Source: an uncultured virus (IMG/VR IMGVR_UViG_3300042901_000675)
Lineage: Duplodnaviria > Heunggongvirae > Uroviricota > Caudoviricetes
Strand: one strand, 5' to 3'
IMG/VR virus record: IMGVR_UViG_3300042901_000675
DNA: 64,000 bases
Shown: piece by piece, positions 37,238-48,136 of the stretch
Layout of the letters: every line of letters begins with the position of its first letter
How positions within the stretch are numbered: position 1 is the stretch's first letter
The notes under the pieces: model-generated
Seen by the model: only the letters and a program-made list of their open reading frames with translations
Databases searched by the model: none
What the model was told of the DNA's origin: nothing
Position numbers and translations under genes: made by a program

Positions 37238-38641
37238 ATGAATTTTCAAGAAAACACCCCGTATGACATTCTAACCGAGAAGTGGGAGCCCGTACTTAGT
37301 CACGGTGCACTCGCTCCAATCAAAGACGATTACCGCCGCAAGGTAACCGCCGTTCTTTTAGAGAATCAAGAGCAATCTCTTCGTTCTCAGCATCTAACCG
37401 AAGATATGGCATCTGGTGCCAATCTCGGTATGCCTTCATCGTTCACCAACTCTGGTGGCGTTGCAGGTTATGATCCCGTACTAATCTCGCTCATTCGTCG
37501 TTCTATGCCGAATCTAATGGCCTACGACATCTGCGGCGTTCAGCCAATGACCGCTCCAACAGGTTTGATCTTTGCCATGCGTGCAAATTATCAACCTGCT
37601 GGTGTTGCTGGTACTTATACCGGTACATATGCAGAAGCCATGTTCCAAGAGCCACAAGCATCCTTCGGTGGTTGTGGTTGGACACTTGATGCATCTTATG
37701 TTGCAGCTAAGGGTCTATCGGCCAACAATGGTGGATTCTTCCCTGGTTCATGCGCAGCAACAAATTTTGTAGCCCTCCAAAATCTTCGTGGTATTCTTAC
37801 TGCGAATGGTGAAGGTATTGGCAAGACTGCTCCATATGCTAGCTGGAATCAAATGGCCTTCAGCATTGACCGCGTTGCAGTACAAGCCAAGACTCGTGCA
37901 CTAAGCAGTAATTACACTGTTGAACTTGCACAAGACTTGAAGGCTGTTCACGGTCTAGATGCCGAAGCCGAACTCGCAAATCTTCTCAGCACAGAAATTC
38001 TTGCTGAAATCAACCGTGAGCTCGTCAAGACCATCTATTATGTTGCTAAGAATGGTTCTCAACAAACCGATCTCGTCACTCCTGGTACATACGATCTTGA
38101 TCAAGATTCTGATGGTCGTTGGTCAGCAGAACGCTTCCGTGGTCTCAGTTTCCAAATCGAGCGCGAGTGCAATGCAATCGCCAAGGAAACCCGCCGTGGC
38201 AAGGGTAACTTCATCATCTGCGACAGCGATACCGCTGCAGCACTTGCAATGTCTGGTTTCATGAGCCTATCACCTGGTATTGCTCCACAGATGAATGTTG
38301 ACGATACTCAAAGCAATTTTGCTGGTCTCTTGAGTGGTAAGATTCGCGTTTATATCGATCCATATAGCCCAACAGGATTTAATTTCTTCTGCACAGGCTA
38401 TAAGGGAGAATCACCATATGATGCAGGTCTGTTCTACTGCCCATACGTTCCGCTCCAAATGGTTCGTGCTGTTGATCCTGCTACTTTCCAACCACGTATC
38501 GCGTTCAAGACTCGTTACGGCGTAGTTGCTAATCCCTTTGTTCTCAATGGTGCTGTACCTGATGCAGACGCATTGACCACTGGTCTTAACCAATACTATC
38601 GTCTAACTCGTGTAACACATCTACACGGTAACACGATCTAA
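37238..38641 (+). CDS. gp23: Major capsid protein
   Basis: LLENQ, DPVLISLIRR, GVQPMTAPTGLIFAMR, ELAQDLKAVHGLDAE, FYCPYVPL, KTRYG. Confidence 0.98.
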   Translation: MNFQENTPYDILTEKWEPVLSHGALAPIKDDYRRKVTAVLLENQEQSLRSQHLTEDMASGANLGMPSSFTNSGGVAGYDPVLISLIRRSMPNLMAYDICGVQPMTAPTGLIFAMRANYQPAGVAGTYTGTYAEAMFQEPQASFGGCGWTLDASYVAAKGLSANNGGFFPGSCAATNFVALQNLRGILTANGEGIGKTAPYASWNQMAFSIDRVAVQAKTRALSSNYTVELAQDLKAVHGLDAEAELANLLSTEILAEINRELVKTIYYVAKNGSQQTDLVTPGTYDLDQDSDGRWSAERFRGLSFQIERECNAIAKETRRGKGNFIICDSDTAAALAMSGFMSLSPGIAPQMNVDDTQSNFAGLLSGKIRVYIDPYSPTGFNFFCTGYKGESPYDAGLFYCPYVPLQMVRAVDPATFQPRIAFKTRYGVVANPFVLNGAVPDADALTTGLNQYYRLTRVTHLHGNTI

Positions 38642-38671
38642 GTAATAGGTCAAAATTTAAGTAACACTTCG

Positions 38672-38701
38672 AAGCCCTCCTCAGAAATGAGGAGGGCTTT
38701 T
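38672..38701 (+). terminator. Rho-independent terminator after gp23
   Basis: AAGCCCTCCTCA-GAAA-TGAGGAGGGCTT plus TT. Confidence 0.9.
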
Positions 38702-38721
38702 GTTATTAGATAAATATTTCT

Positions 38722-39246
38722 ATGAGCTGCATTTCAAATATAAATCCACTATACAATAGTTACTTCACATTAATATTTGGTCGTGGAACAAAACAATTTG
38801 AATTAAATTGTCAAAAAGCAAATCTTCCTGGATGTACTGTTCCTGATGTAAATCAACCAACAACATTTGGTACAACAATTCCAGTACCAACTATGCAGTT
38901 CAATTATGAAACCTTAAATGTCGAATTTATTGTTGATTCTGAATTAAACAATTGGAAAAGTTTATACTCTTGGATGCGCAATGTAGCAAACATTCAAAAT
39001 GATAATACAAACAATTTGCCGTATCAACAATGGCATCATCAGGCAGTATTATCAATAGTAAGCCCTATATCAAATTGTGTTGTTACTACAGTAACATTTC
39101 GGTATATCGTCCCAAGTAAACTTACTGGTATTGTATTTCAATCAGATACTTCTGATGCAGTAATACAAAAAGCATCCTGCACTTTTAAATTTTCATATTA
39201 TGAGATTTACCCAGATGCCCCAGAAAATCTTAAAAATACTGCTTAA
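38722..39246 (+). CDS. gp3: Tail tube terminator/completion protein
   Basis: CQKANLPG, YETLNVEFIVDSELNNWKSLYSWM, TFKFSYY; follows gp23. Confidence 0.85.
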   Translation: MSCISNINPLYNSYFTLIFGRGTKQFELNCQKANLPGCTVPDVNQPTTFGTTIPVPTMQFNYETLNVEFIVDSELNNWKSLYSWMRNVANIQNDNTNNLPYQQWHHQAVLSIVSPISNCVVTTVTFRYIVPSKLTGIVFQSDTSDAVIQKASCTFKFSYYEIYPDAPENLKNTA

Positions 39247-39911
39247 ATATAATCTTCTGGATTATCAGACCAGCTTTCAGCAGAATTAGGACTGCTCTCT
39301 GGATTAAATGGTAGCTTTTTAGTTTCAGGATTCATTGTGCGGCGTTTTACGGGTTTAGGTGGCTTCGGAGCCTCCTCAACCAATAGATCCTCTACAGAGG
39401 GTTCCTGCTGCTCAGATTCTTCTATTTCTTCTAATTCATCGTCAAGAATGACCTCTGACCCCTCAAAACTGTCAATCATATCGTTTACAAAATTTACAAA
39501 ATCTTCATTATTAAAAAGTTCATTTAACATCATAAGTCCAGCTTCTGGTCCCACTACTAAATCTTCATTAGTATTGTTCATTACAGATTTTGGATCTACT
39601 TGCATTGTATGAAAAAATACGTCATACATCTTAGAAAGATCTTCAGTAGGAACTCCTGTATATAATACAGAAGTTCGATTAATTGAAATTTCTGATAGTT
39701 GTAAATTGGATGCGTAATTAGTTAATTTAAAATATTCAATGAGATCACCACTTTGATCTCTTGACATTGCACAGTCAATTTTGGCTGGAAATGATATTAA
39801 AATTTTATCTAATTGAGCATCACGAACCAATCCAATTAGTTCGTCACCATTGATAAGTTTAACAACTCTAACAATACCACCAAAGGGAGTTTCCTGTACT
39901 TCATCAGTCAT
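39243..39911 (-). CDS. Sm-like fold protein with acidic tail
   Basis: VVKLINGDELIG; the type of gene usually found after uvsW. Confidence 0.65.
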   Translation of the reverse strand: MTDEVQETPFGGIVRVVKLINGDELIGLVRDAQLDKILISFPAKIDCAMSRDQSGDLIEYFKLTNYASNLQLSEISINRTSVLYTGVPTEDLSKMYDVFFHTMQVDPKSVMNNTNEDLVVGPEAGLMMLNELFNNEDFVNFVNDMIDSFEGSEVILDDELEEIEESEQQEPSVEDLLVEEAPKPPKPVKRRTMNPETKKLPFNPESSPNSAESWSDNPEDYI

Positions 39912-39926
39912 AGTAACCCTCCTAAT

Positions 39927-41429
39927 TTATTTATCATCGGTAGGTAGTGGCATCGACATTATCTTGTAATCAAACTTTTCTTTTTTATAAATTTTGATTC
40001 GTTCTTCAAAATGCCTATAAACATGGTTCTTGTATGACATGTAACAAAGGTCATCGACAATATCATAAACTTTCAAAGTTTTCTTTTTAGCAGATGTCCT
40101 TAAACCTCTGCCAATACTTTGTAGTAAACGAATTACAGATTTCGTAGGAGAGGCAAGGATAATATTATCAATGTTGACAATGTTAATGCCAGTACTAGTA
40201 GTACCGTAACTCGCAACCAATATGGCATTAGTTTGTGTATCCACGATACGGCGAATTGATTCTCTTGCTTCACCTTCTGTTTTTCCGTGAATAAGATATA
40301 CTTTCTTATCCGTTCCTGCTGCCTCAATGAGAGCGTGGAGAGGTTTCCCGTGTCCTTCGACATAGTTGAAGAGGATGAGGGTGTTGCCTTTGGTATGAAT
40401 TGCGAGTTCTTTGACAAATTCATTCCTCCTACTATTACTTATTATAGTCTTGATTTCATCAGGATATTTTTGTTTCTTCATATCCTGCTTCTCTTGATCT
40501 GTATACTTGAGTACAATACAGTCAACAGCAAGAGTAGCAAGCAATCCCTTGTTCATAAGGCTCTTTGTCTGAATAAATTGTACAGCAGGTCCTAGAATGC
40601 CTTCTATGCTTAAACGATGTGCCTGCGTTTGATCTAATGTGCCAGTAGTACCAATACGAAACCATGCTTTAGTCAACTTCTGACCAATTAGGTTAATTGA
40701 TTCTGCTTTGGCTTGGTGACACTCATCAAAGAAGATAGCATCGAACTGATCAAACCATTCTCGGGGTAACTTGTAGATAGATTGCCAAGTAGAAACAATT
40801 ACTTGTTTGTTAGTATCCTTTTCAAGTCCAGCACTAATTTTATGAATATATTTTCTTGATAACCAAGAAGGATCTGCCTTTGAGTAATCAAAGAAGTCGG
40901 TTTCCATCTGTGTAACCAGCCCCACAGTTGGAACTAAAACTAAAATCTTTCTGTCTGATTTTATTACGGAGAGTAGATAGCGGAGCAAGACGTAGATTAT
41001 TAAACTTTTTCCAGAACCTGTCGGAGATATTATTACACACCGGTGAGCGTTGATAGCGTGCAGAATTGCTTGACTTTGGTGGGGGTGCATTTTGACCCGC
41101 TGTTTCTTGACTGAAACTTTCAGTGTGTCGTAAAAGTCCAGAAGTTTCTCCTCCGTTATGCATAGCGGATTCCTACTCTCTTTAATATTTAAAGTGTATT
41201 GGCGGTCTTTACAAAACTTACTCAGGTAAGATTTCAGACCTCTTGGTAGAGTGGAAGACAGAATATCAAATAATCGTATCTTACCATCCCATATACGCCG
41301 TTTAAACAATGGCATATACTCAGCACCGGGAATCATGAACGAGAAATAATCTCTCAGTTCTTGTTTAACGCCCTTTTCTGTTTTTATATAGTAACGAACT
41401 TCGTCTACAGATTCAACTTCTACATCCAC
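39927..41429 (-). CDS. uvsW: SF2 DNA helicase
   Basis: WDGKIRL, SPTGSGKS, DECH, GTTGT, QSIGRGLR. Confidence 0.95.
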   Translation of the reverse strand: MDVEVESVDEVRYYIKTEKGVKQELRDYFSFMIPGAEYMPLFKRRIWDGKIRLFDILSSTLPRGLKSYLSKFCKDRQYTLNIKESRNPLCITEEKLLDFYDTLKVSVKKQRVKMHPHQSQAILHAINAHRCVIISPTGSGKSLIIYVLLRYLLSVIKSDRKILVLVPTVGLVTQMETDFFDYSKADPSWLSRKYIHKISAGLEKDTNKQVIVSTWQSIYKLPREWFDQFDAIFFDECHQAKAESINLIGQKLTKAWFRIGTTGTLDQTQAHRLSIEGILGPAVQFIQTKSLMNKGLLATLAVDCIVLKYTDQEKQDMKKQKYPDEIKTIISNSRRNEFVKELAIHTKGNTLILFNYVEGHGKPLHALIEAAGTDKKVYLIHGKTEGEARESIRRIVDTQTNAILVASYGTTSTGINIVNIDNIILASPTKSVIRLLQSIGRGLRTSAKKKTLKVYDIVDDLCYMSYKNHVYRHFEERIKIYKKEKFDYKIMSMPLPTDDK

Positions 41430-41447
41430 TCAATATTTATGGTAAGA

Positions 41448-41885
41448 TTATACGATACCCTGAGTCATCTTGAACCACTCAATAGCGGACTTAATAGAGA
41501 AGTTTCTATTATTGAGAACTTTTAAAAATTCTTCAACCATCTTAACCTTAACTTCAATTACAGCAATCTTTAATTTTAGTTCAATAATCTTGGGATCTGC
41601 CTCTATGAACTTTTCTACATCAGTCTTTAGTAGAGTTAGTCCATTTGGATCTTCTCCCCATGCTTCTAATTCTTCACGACTAGCCTTACCGGTAAAAATC
41701 TTCCACTTACGAAGTTTAAGAATTGCTAAGTCATTTACCTGCTTACAGAGAATCAGTTTAAAATCTGCATGAAGACACAGGTACTTACTATGCAGTTGAG
41801 GAGTTCTAATAGCCTCATTTCCTAGTTCTGAGGAGTCAACAGAAGCGTCTTTGGAAATATTGAGTTTAAGGTCTTCTAGATTCAT
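41448..41885 (-). CDS. uvsY: Recombination mediator
   Basis: PQLHSKYL, LLKTDV..FIEAD, NRNFSIKSAIEW. Confidence 0.92.
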   Translation of the reverse strand: MNLEDLKLNISKDASVDSSELGNEAIRTPQLHSKYLCLHADFKLILCKQVNDLAILKLRKWKIFTGKASREELEAWGEDPNGLTLLKTDVEKFIEADPKIIELKLKIAVIEVKVKMVEEFLKVLNNRNFSIKSAIEWFKMTQGIV

Positions 41886-41970
41886 AAAGACAGTATAGTA
41901 GAAGTCAAGAAAATGTCAACTAAATATCTTGACATCTTTATAAGTTGTATTATATTTAACACGAGGTTAT

Positions 41971-42606
41971 ATGATTATTGATTTACGTGAAATTCCAGTC
42001 GTATGGATTAATTTGGATTCAGCAACTAAAAATGCTGAAATTATGCAAGACAATCTTCTAAAGTATGGGTTTAAACATACTTATAGAAAATCTGCTAGAA
42101 TCATTCCAGCTCCCGAAGGCACTATACCAAGTAATGCACATTATGTTGGCTGTGCACAATCCCATATTGATATTTTGGATGATGTGCAGTATACAACGCC
42201 ACTTCTAATTTTAGAAGATGACGCAGAATTTACAGATTCATTTAATCCAATTATGGATATTCCAGACGATACAGATGGCATTTACCTTGGTATTTCTAGT
42301 GGTAATCGTGGTTATCAAACTAAGCGATATACACCAGAATATATGAGAATAGGTGGAATACTAGCCACTCATGCGATTTTATATGTAACACCCATCTATA
42401 GAGATTATATGTCTCGTATAGCCAAGCATTGTATCCATGATTTAAAACAACCATGGGATGTAGGGGCAGCATCATTGCAGTTTCAAACTAAAGTGTATAC
42501 ACCAAATAAACCATTTTTTTATCAATCAGATAATAGAGATTCAGCTAACAAGTGGCAACACTTTACTGATAATACACTAGAAGATAGGGATTCAGCGTAT
42601 CTATGA
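41971..42606 (+). CDS. Glycosyltransferase, GT25-like
   Basis: WINLD, GCAQSH, LILEDDA, THAILY. Confidence 0.75.
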   Translation: MIIDLREIPVVWINLDSATKNAEIMQDNLLKYGFKHTYRKSARIIPAPEGTIPSNAHYVGCAQSHIDILDDVQYTTPLLILEDDAEFTDSFNPIMDIPDDTDGIYLGISSGNRGYQTKRYTPEYMRIGGILATHAILYVTPIYRDYMSRIAKHCIHDLKQPWDVGAASLQFQTKVYTPNKPFFYQSDNRDSANKWQHFTDNTLEDRDSAYL

Positions 42607-43391
42607 TTACATATAATAGAATTGGAACAAATGGTAGATTTGGAAATCAGATGTTTCAATATGCTACATTATATTCTATTGCTAAAACTAGAAAATATCA
42701 ATTTGGTGTTCCATATAAGTTAAAAACTAATAATGAATACTATAATTTTTGTTTACCTGAATGTTTTTCAAATCTATCTGCAGCTGATAGTAGTGATTAT
42801 GCTGCTTTAAATAAAGCTCAGGAACGTCAGTTTACATATAATGCTGGTATTTTTGGAATCCAAGATAATACGGATATTACTGGTTATTTTCAAAGTGAAA
42901 AATATTTTGTAGATTATAGAGAACAATTATTAAAAGAATTTGCTTTTAATGATAGAATTTATAAGCAAGCAGTAGATATTCGTTCGTTAACAAGGTTACC
43001 AACTATATCGATACATCTAAGATTAGGTGATTATGTTCAGTTGCAAGACAATCATCCAATTTGTTCTTTAGAATATTATGCAGAAGCACTGAAGTTATTG
43101 CCTGATGATATTTTAATTTATGTCTTTAGTGATGATATTCCAGAGGCAACTGAATTTTTTAAATCGTTAAATCGTAAAGTTGTATTTACTGAAAGTAATG
43201 ATAAGTATGTTGATATGTGTTTGATGACTTTATGCAATTATCATATTATTGCTAACAGTTCTTTTAGTTGGTGGGGATCTTGGTTGAGTGATTCTAAGAA
43301 AACTATCGCACCTTCAAAGTGGTTTGGGTCTGCACCAAGTGCTCCAAAAAATTGGTCTGACATTTATTGTAAAGAGTGGATTATACTATGA
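42603..43391 (+). CDS. Alpha-1,2-fucosyltransferase family (GT11)
   Basis: GRFGNQMFQYA, GYFQSEKYF, HLRLGDY, IANSSFSWWG. Confidence 0.9.
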   Translation: MITYNRIGTNGRFGNQMFQYATLYSIAKTRKYQFGVPYKLKTNNEYYNFCLPECFSNLSAADSSDYAALNKAQERQFTYNAGIFGIQDNTDITGYFQSEKYFVDYREQLLKEFAFNDRIYKQAVDIRSLTRLPTISIHLRLGDYVQLQDNHPICSLEYYAEALKLLPDDILIYVFSDDIPEATEFFKSLNRKVVFTESNDKYVDMCLMTLCNYHIIANSSFSWWGSWLSDSKKTIAPSKWFGSAPSAPKNWSDIYCKEWIIL

Positions 43392-43442
43392 ACAAACAAA
43401 CTAAATGATATGGTTGTTAATAATAAAAAAATGGGTTAATTT

Positions 43443-44057
43443 ATGAAAAAAATAAATTTTGTATTATTTGATTTAGATGGAGTTTTAGTTGATGCGTGTG
43501 ATTGGCATTATGATGCTTTAAATATAGCTTTACAAAAAAAAGTTGGATTTCAAATTAATAGAGAAGATCATATTAAAAAATATAATGGATTGCCAACAAA
43601 AATAAAATTAAAATTATTAGGATTAGATGTTTCAATTTCAGAAGAAATTGAAAAATTAAAACAAGAAATAACATTAGATATTATTTCAAATCAAGCAAAA
43701 TTAATGCCAGAAAAAATAGAATTGCATAAACATTTAAAAAATTCTAATATAAAAATTGCTTGTGTTACCAATTCTATTAAAACTACAGCTGAGTTAATGT
43801 TAATAAAAACAGGACAAATAGAATTTATTGATTTACTTGTTACAAATAGTGATGTTGTTAATAATAAACCAAATCCGGATTGTTATAATTTTGCTATTAA
43901 ACAATTAAATGCCGATCCATTAACTTCTATGTGTGTAGAAGATTCACCAAATGGAATACAGTCTGCAAAACAATCATGTGTAAAAAATATTTGGATTGTT
44001 AACAATGCTACTGATACAACATTAAAAAATTATATAAATTTTATAGAAAGTATTTAA
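43443..44057 (+). CDS. HAD-family phosphatase
   Basis: FDLDGVL, VTNS, KPNPD, VEDSPNG. Confidence 0.9.
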   Translation: MKKINFVLFDLDGVLVDACDWHYDALNIALQKKVGFQINREDHIKKYNGLPTKIKLKLLGLDVSISEEIEKLKQEITLDIISNQAKLMPEKIELHKHLKNSNIKIACVTNSIKTTAELMLIKTGQIEFIDLLVTNSDVVNNKPNPDCYNFAIKQLNADPLTSMCVEDSPNGIQSAKQSCVKNIWIVNNATDTTLKNYINFIESI

Positions 44058-44780
44058 ATGAAAATATTAATACCAATGGCAGGAGAGGGAAGCAGATTTG
44101 CTAAAGAAGGATATACGTTTCCAAAACCTTTAATAGAGGTTAATGGTAAACCTATGATACAAAATATTGTTGAAAATTTAAATTTTTCTGCAGAGTATAT
44201 ATTTTTGGTTAGAAAAGAACATATAGAAAAATATTCTGGTTTAAAATTTTTATTAAAACAAATTACTAACAATAATTGCAAAATTGTTGTTGTAGATAAA
44301 TTGACAGAAGGTGCAGCATGTACTGCACTATTAGCTAAAGAATTTATTAACAATGACGATGATTTATTGATTGCAAACTCTGATCAGATTGTAGAGTATT
44401 CAAAAGAAAATTTTAATTATTTAAAACTATTGACTACAGTGGATTCAATTGTTTTTTCTTTTAATGCTGTACATCCGAAATGGTCATTTGTAAAGATAAA
44501 TGATATCGGAATGGTTACAGAAGTAGCAGAAAAAAACCCAATATCAAATATTGCTACATGTGGAATATATTGGTATAGAAAAGGAAAAGATTTTGTAAGT
44601 TACGCAGAAAAAATGATTGAAAAAAATATAAGAGTTAATAATGAATTTTATATAGCACCGGTTTACAATGAACTAATTAACAATAAAAAAACATTAATAC
44701 CATTCTACGTACACAAAATGTGGGGAATAGGTACACCAGAAGATCTTAATTATTTTATAAACAATTATAAGGCAAATTAA
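44058..44780 (+). CDS. BcbE-like nucleotidyltransferase/GT-A protein
   Basis: IPMAGEGSRF, PKPLI, EGAACT, NSDQ, EFYIAPVYN, GTPEDL. Confidence 0.85.
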   Translation: MKILIPMAGEGSRFAKEGYTFPKPLIEVNGKPMIQNIVENLNFSAEYIFLVRKEHIEKYSGLKFLLKQITNNNCKIVVVDKLTEGAACTALLAKEFINNDDDLLIANSDQIVEYSKENFNYLKLLTTVDSIVFSFNAVHPKWSFVKINDIGMVTEVAEKNPISNIATCGIYWYRKGKDFVSYAEKMIEKNIRVNNEFYIAPVYNELINNKKTLIPFYVHKMWGIGTPEDLNYFINNYKAN

Positions 44781-44782
44781 TC

Positions 44783-45223
44783 ATGTTGCTGGTATCACAT
44801 AGAGGTAATTTAAATGGTTCAGATCCTGTATTAGAAAATAGTCCAGAATATATTTTGTTAGCTTTAAATAAAGGGTATGATGTAGAGATAGATGTGTGGT
44901 TTTATAAAAACAGTTTTTATTTGGGACATGATGAACCATTATACAAAATAAACAAAACTTTTTTAACAAATAAAAAGTTTTGGTGTCATGCAAAAAATAT
45001 TAAAGCTATGGATAAAATGTTAAAAAATAATATACATTGTTTTTGGCACCAAAATGACAAATTGACTTTAACAAATAAAAATATTCCATGGTGTTTTCCA
45101 AATGCATTTATAAAAAACGGAATAACTGTTGTTTTAAATAAAGATAAAAAAATTTTAAATAAAAAATATTTTGGAATTTGTACTGATTATATTTTATATT
45201 ATAATAGGTTATTAAACGCATGA
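44783..45223 (+). CDS. Small glycerophosphodiesterase-like protein
   Basis: SHRGN, ENS, VEIDVW, LGHD, HAKN, GICTD. Confidence 0.75.
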   Translation: MLLVSHRGNLNGSDPVLENSPEYILLALNKGYDVEIDVWFYKNSFYLGHDEPLYKINKTFLTNKKFWCHAKNIKAMDKMLKNNIHCFWHQNDKLTLTNKNIPWCFPNAFIKNGITVVLNKDKKILNKKYFGICTDYILYYNRLLNA

Positions 45224-45951
45224 AATTAAATATAGCTATATGTTATAAAGGTCTATTGAGAACTATAGATCGCACTTTTGATAATCATAAAAAATTTTTA
45301 TTTGGGGATAATAATATTGATATATTTTGTCATACATGGGACACAAATAATGATGTAACTTATAATTTTGTAAAAAATTTACCAGAATGTAAATTTATTT
45401 TTAAAGAGGAATTTAAAAATTTTAATAATCATCCATACGATTCTATATTTTTTGATGGTAAAATAAATGATAATTTACATTCACAAAATTTAAAATTTGT
45501 AGAATCACATAATATAGTATTGCATTCGAAACCATTTAATATTTTGAGCCATTTATATTCCACACAACAATCATATATATTGTGTGATCTGTATTCTCAA
45601 ATAAATAATAAAAAATATGATCTAGTTTGTGTGTTGAGACCGGACATACTTTTTTACAATTCTATAAATTTTTATGAATTAATTTATGAAAAAATAAATA
45701 TTTCATGGTTTGAAAAAACAGATGATTTATTAAATTGTAAAAACGCAATAATAGATCATATTGCAATTTCTAAACCAGAAGTTATAAAAACATATTGTGA
45801 GACATTTTTAAATGTATCTGGATTATATTTTAAACAAAAGAAACCTTTAATACCAGAAGTATTATTTGGATCACATTTAAATCAAAGTAATATCGAAATA
45901 AATATGTTGTCTACTATACACACGGTATTCAAACCAGAAGGAACAATTTGA
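45220..45951 (+). CDS. Putative glycosyltransferase
   Basis: IAICYKG.LR, FCHTW, YD....RPD; paralogous to 46655-47425. Confidence 0.6.
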   Translation: MKLNIAICYKGLLRTIDRTFDNHKKFLFGDNNIDIFCHTWDTNNDVTYNFVKNLPECKFIFKEEFKNFNNHPYDSIFFDGKINDNLHSQNLKFVESHNIVLHSKPFNILSHLYSTQQSYILCDLYSQINNKKYDLVCVLRPDILFYNSINFYELIYEKINISWFEKTDDLLNCKNAIIDHIAISKPEVIKTYCETFLNVSGLYFKQKKPLIPEVLFGSHLNQSNIEINMLSTIHTVFKPEGTI

Positions 45952-46652
45952 TAAATCTACAAGACATAGAACTAGTACAAACTAATAAAAATTTATATTC
46001 AGATTTTAATAATTTTATTTTGAGTGAAGACACAAAAATTTTTAATAAGTTAGTAATGCGTAGTTTATTATTAGATAAAGTTAAAAATGTCCCCGGAGAT
46101 ATTATTGAATGTGGTGTATTTAAAGGAACTGGGTTATTGACATTTTTAAAATTAAAAAAATTATTAATGCCAAATTCATATAAAAAAGTATTGGGATTTG
46201 ATTTTTTTAATTCAAATGAATTAATTAATAGTTTAAGTGGTCAAGATAAAGAGGCAATGGAAGTTTTGTTTAAACAAAGAGAGTTTGAACACAAAAAAGA
46301 GTTTTCTTCTAATTTAGGTGATCAAATATTATCGTATGGTTTTGATAAAAAGGATTTTGAATTGATTGCTGGTGATGTATCTCATACATCAGAAGAATAT
46401 CTAAAATCAAGACCTGGTTTAAAAATTTCTTTATTGTATATGGATTTGGATTTAGAAGCCCCAACATATGATGTATTATGCCAATTCTGGGATAGAATTA
46501 GTTTAAATGGCATTGTAGTTTTTGATGAGTATGCATACCACAATTGGTCAGAATCAAAAGGGGTTGATAGGTTTTTTAAAGATAAACACATTAAAATGAA
46601 TTCAATAGACTGTTTATGTCCGACAATGTTTATACAAAAAGAAACAATTTAA
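45948..46652 (+). CDS. TylF/MycF-family O-methyltransferase
   Basis: PGDIIECGVFKG, GFDFF, LLYMDLDL, VFDEY. Confidence 0.8.
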   Translation: MINLQDIELVQTNKNLYSDFNNFILSEDTKIFNKLVMRSLLLDKVKNVPGDIIECGVFKGTGLLTFLKLKKLLMPNSYKKVLGFDFFNSNELINSLSGQDKEAMEVLFKQREFEHKKEFSSNLGDQILSYGFDKKDFELIAGDVSHTSEEYLKSRPGLKISLLYMDLDLEAPTYDVLCQFWDRISLNGIVVFDEYAYHNWSESKGVDRFFKDKHIKMNSIDCLCPTMFIQKETI

Positions 46653-46654
46653 AA

Positions 46655-47425
46655 ATGAAAATTGCATTATGTCTATCAGGGCAACCAAGATTTATAAAAG
46701 AAGTTTCACCATATATTTTAAAAAATATTTGTAATAATTATGATGTAGATAGTTTTTTTCATTTTTGGTTTGATGAAAATTTGATTACAAAACCATATAA
46801 ATATGGAGGAAATGGTGAATGGATTAACCAAAGAATTGATATAAATGCTATTGATGACGCAATTAAAATTTATAATCCAAAATTATATAAAGTAGAAAAA
46901 AGCAAAACATTTATAGATGATTCAATAAAAACAGAGTATTGTTATAGAGATACTGGCGAATTGATAAATTGGACTAGACACTGGAAAGAAAATAACGAAC
47001 CAAACTATAGAAGTAGAATGATCAATAATACTTTATCAAACTTTTATAGCATGAATCAAGTTTGTCTGCTTAAAAAAGAATATGAATTTTTAAATAATTT
47101 TAAATATGATTATGTAATCAGAATTAGATCAGATTGTATATTACATAATAAAATAATTTTTGAAAATTACGATAGCAATTTTTTATATTACACAGGAATA
47201 TTAAACCAACCAGATAATATGGTTGCAGATTGGATAAATTTTAGTAATTCTAGTAATATGGATGTTTTTATGGGTGTGTTTTCAGTTTTCGACACAATTT
47301 TAAAAAAATGTATGAAAAATAAAAATGGAGCATGGTCAAACGAAATGATACACAAGACAATATTAGATCATTTTGAAATTGTAGCCATTTCAGATAACTT
47401 AATTGTAGAGGTTCCAAGATTTTAA
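46655..47425 (+). CDS. Putative glycosyltransferase
   Basis: MKIALCLSGQPR, FFHFW, YDYVIRIRSD; start re-called. Confidence 0.65.
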   Translation: MKIALCLSGQPRFIKEVSPYILKNICNNYDVDSFFHFWFDENLITKPYKYGGNGEWINQRIDINAIDDAIKIYNPKLYKVEKSKTFIDDSIKTEYCYRDTGELINWTRHWKENNEPNYRSRMINNTLSNFYSMNQVCLLKKEYEFLNNFKYDYVIRIRSDCILHNKIIFENYDSNFLYYTGILNQPDNMVADWINFSNSSNMDVFMGVFSVFDTILKKCMKNKNGAWSNEMIHKTILDHFEIVAISDNLIVEVPRF

Positions 47426-48136
47426 ATGAGTAAAAAATTAACAGTTTATCATCAATGTTTTAATAATAAAAAAGCAACAGAATTTGCTATTAAAAATTTT
47501 AAACAACATAATCCTAATATAGACTATTATCTAGTATCTGATGGAGGAGAAGATTTTAGTGAAATAGCAAAAAAATATTCTTGTAATTATATTTTTGAAA
47601 AAAACAATATTGGTATGGATTATTATACAGTAGATCAAGCACATCAAATAATAAACAGATTAAAAACATGTGCTATAAATTCATCATCTGAATATCTTTT
47701 ATTGATGGAAGATGATGTATTATGTAGAAAAAAATTTAATTTAGATACAAATATAGATTTGGCTGGTGTTGATTCTCCAGGAAATATAATTCCAAATGAA
47801 GTTTTAGATTATTTAAGTAAAAAATACAATGTATTTCCAAATATAAATTGGTATAATGCTTGTGGTGGAACTGTTTTAAATACGGAAATATTACTTAATA
47901 AATTTGATTTAATTAAAAAATTTATAAATGAAGATCATGATTATATTGTTAAAAATTTATCTGGAAAAAAATACAATTTTGGATATGGATCAATGGATCA
48001 ACTATTAGTTCTTATTTATTTTGTATGTGGAAAAAAAGTTACTGTTAATCAACAACTTACAGAATACCGGAGAAATCCAAATTGGATGAATTCGGATCAT
48101 GCTCTTGTGCATCAATATAAGGAACAATATGTTTAA
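47426..48136 (+). CDS. GT-A fold glycosyltransferase
   Basis: LVSDGG, LLMEDDV, LVHQYK. Confidence 0.65.
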   Translation: MSKKLTVYHQCFNNKKATEFAIKNFKQHNPNIDYYLVSDGGEDFSEIAKKYSCNYIFEKNNIGMDYYTVDQAHQIINRLKTCAINSSSEYLLLMEDDVLCRKKFNLDTNIDLAGVDSPGNIIPNEVLDYLSKKYNVFPNINWYNACGGTVLNTEILLNKFDLIKKFINEDHDYIVKNLSGKKYNFGYGSMDQLLVLIYFVCGKKVTVNQQLTEYRRNPNWMNSDHALVHQYKEQYV

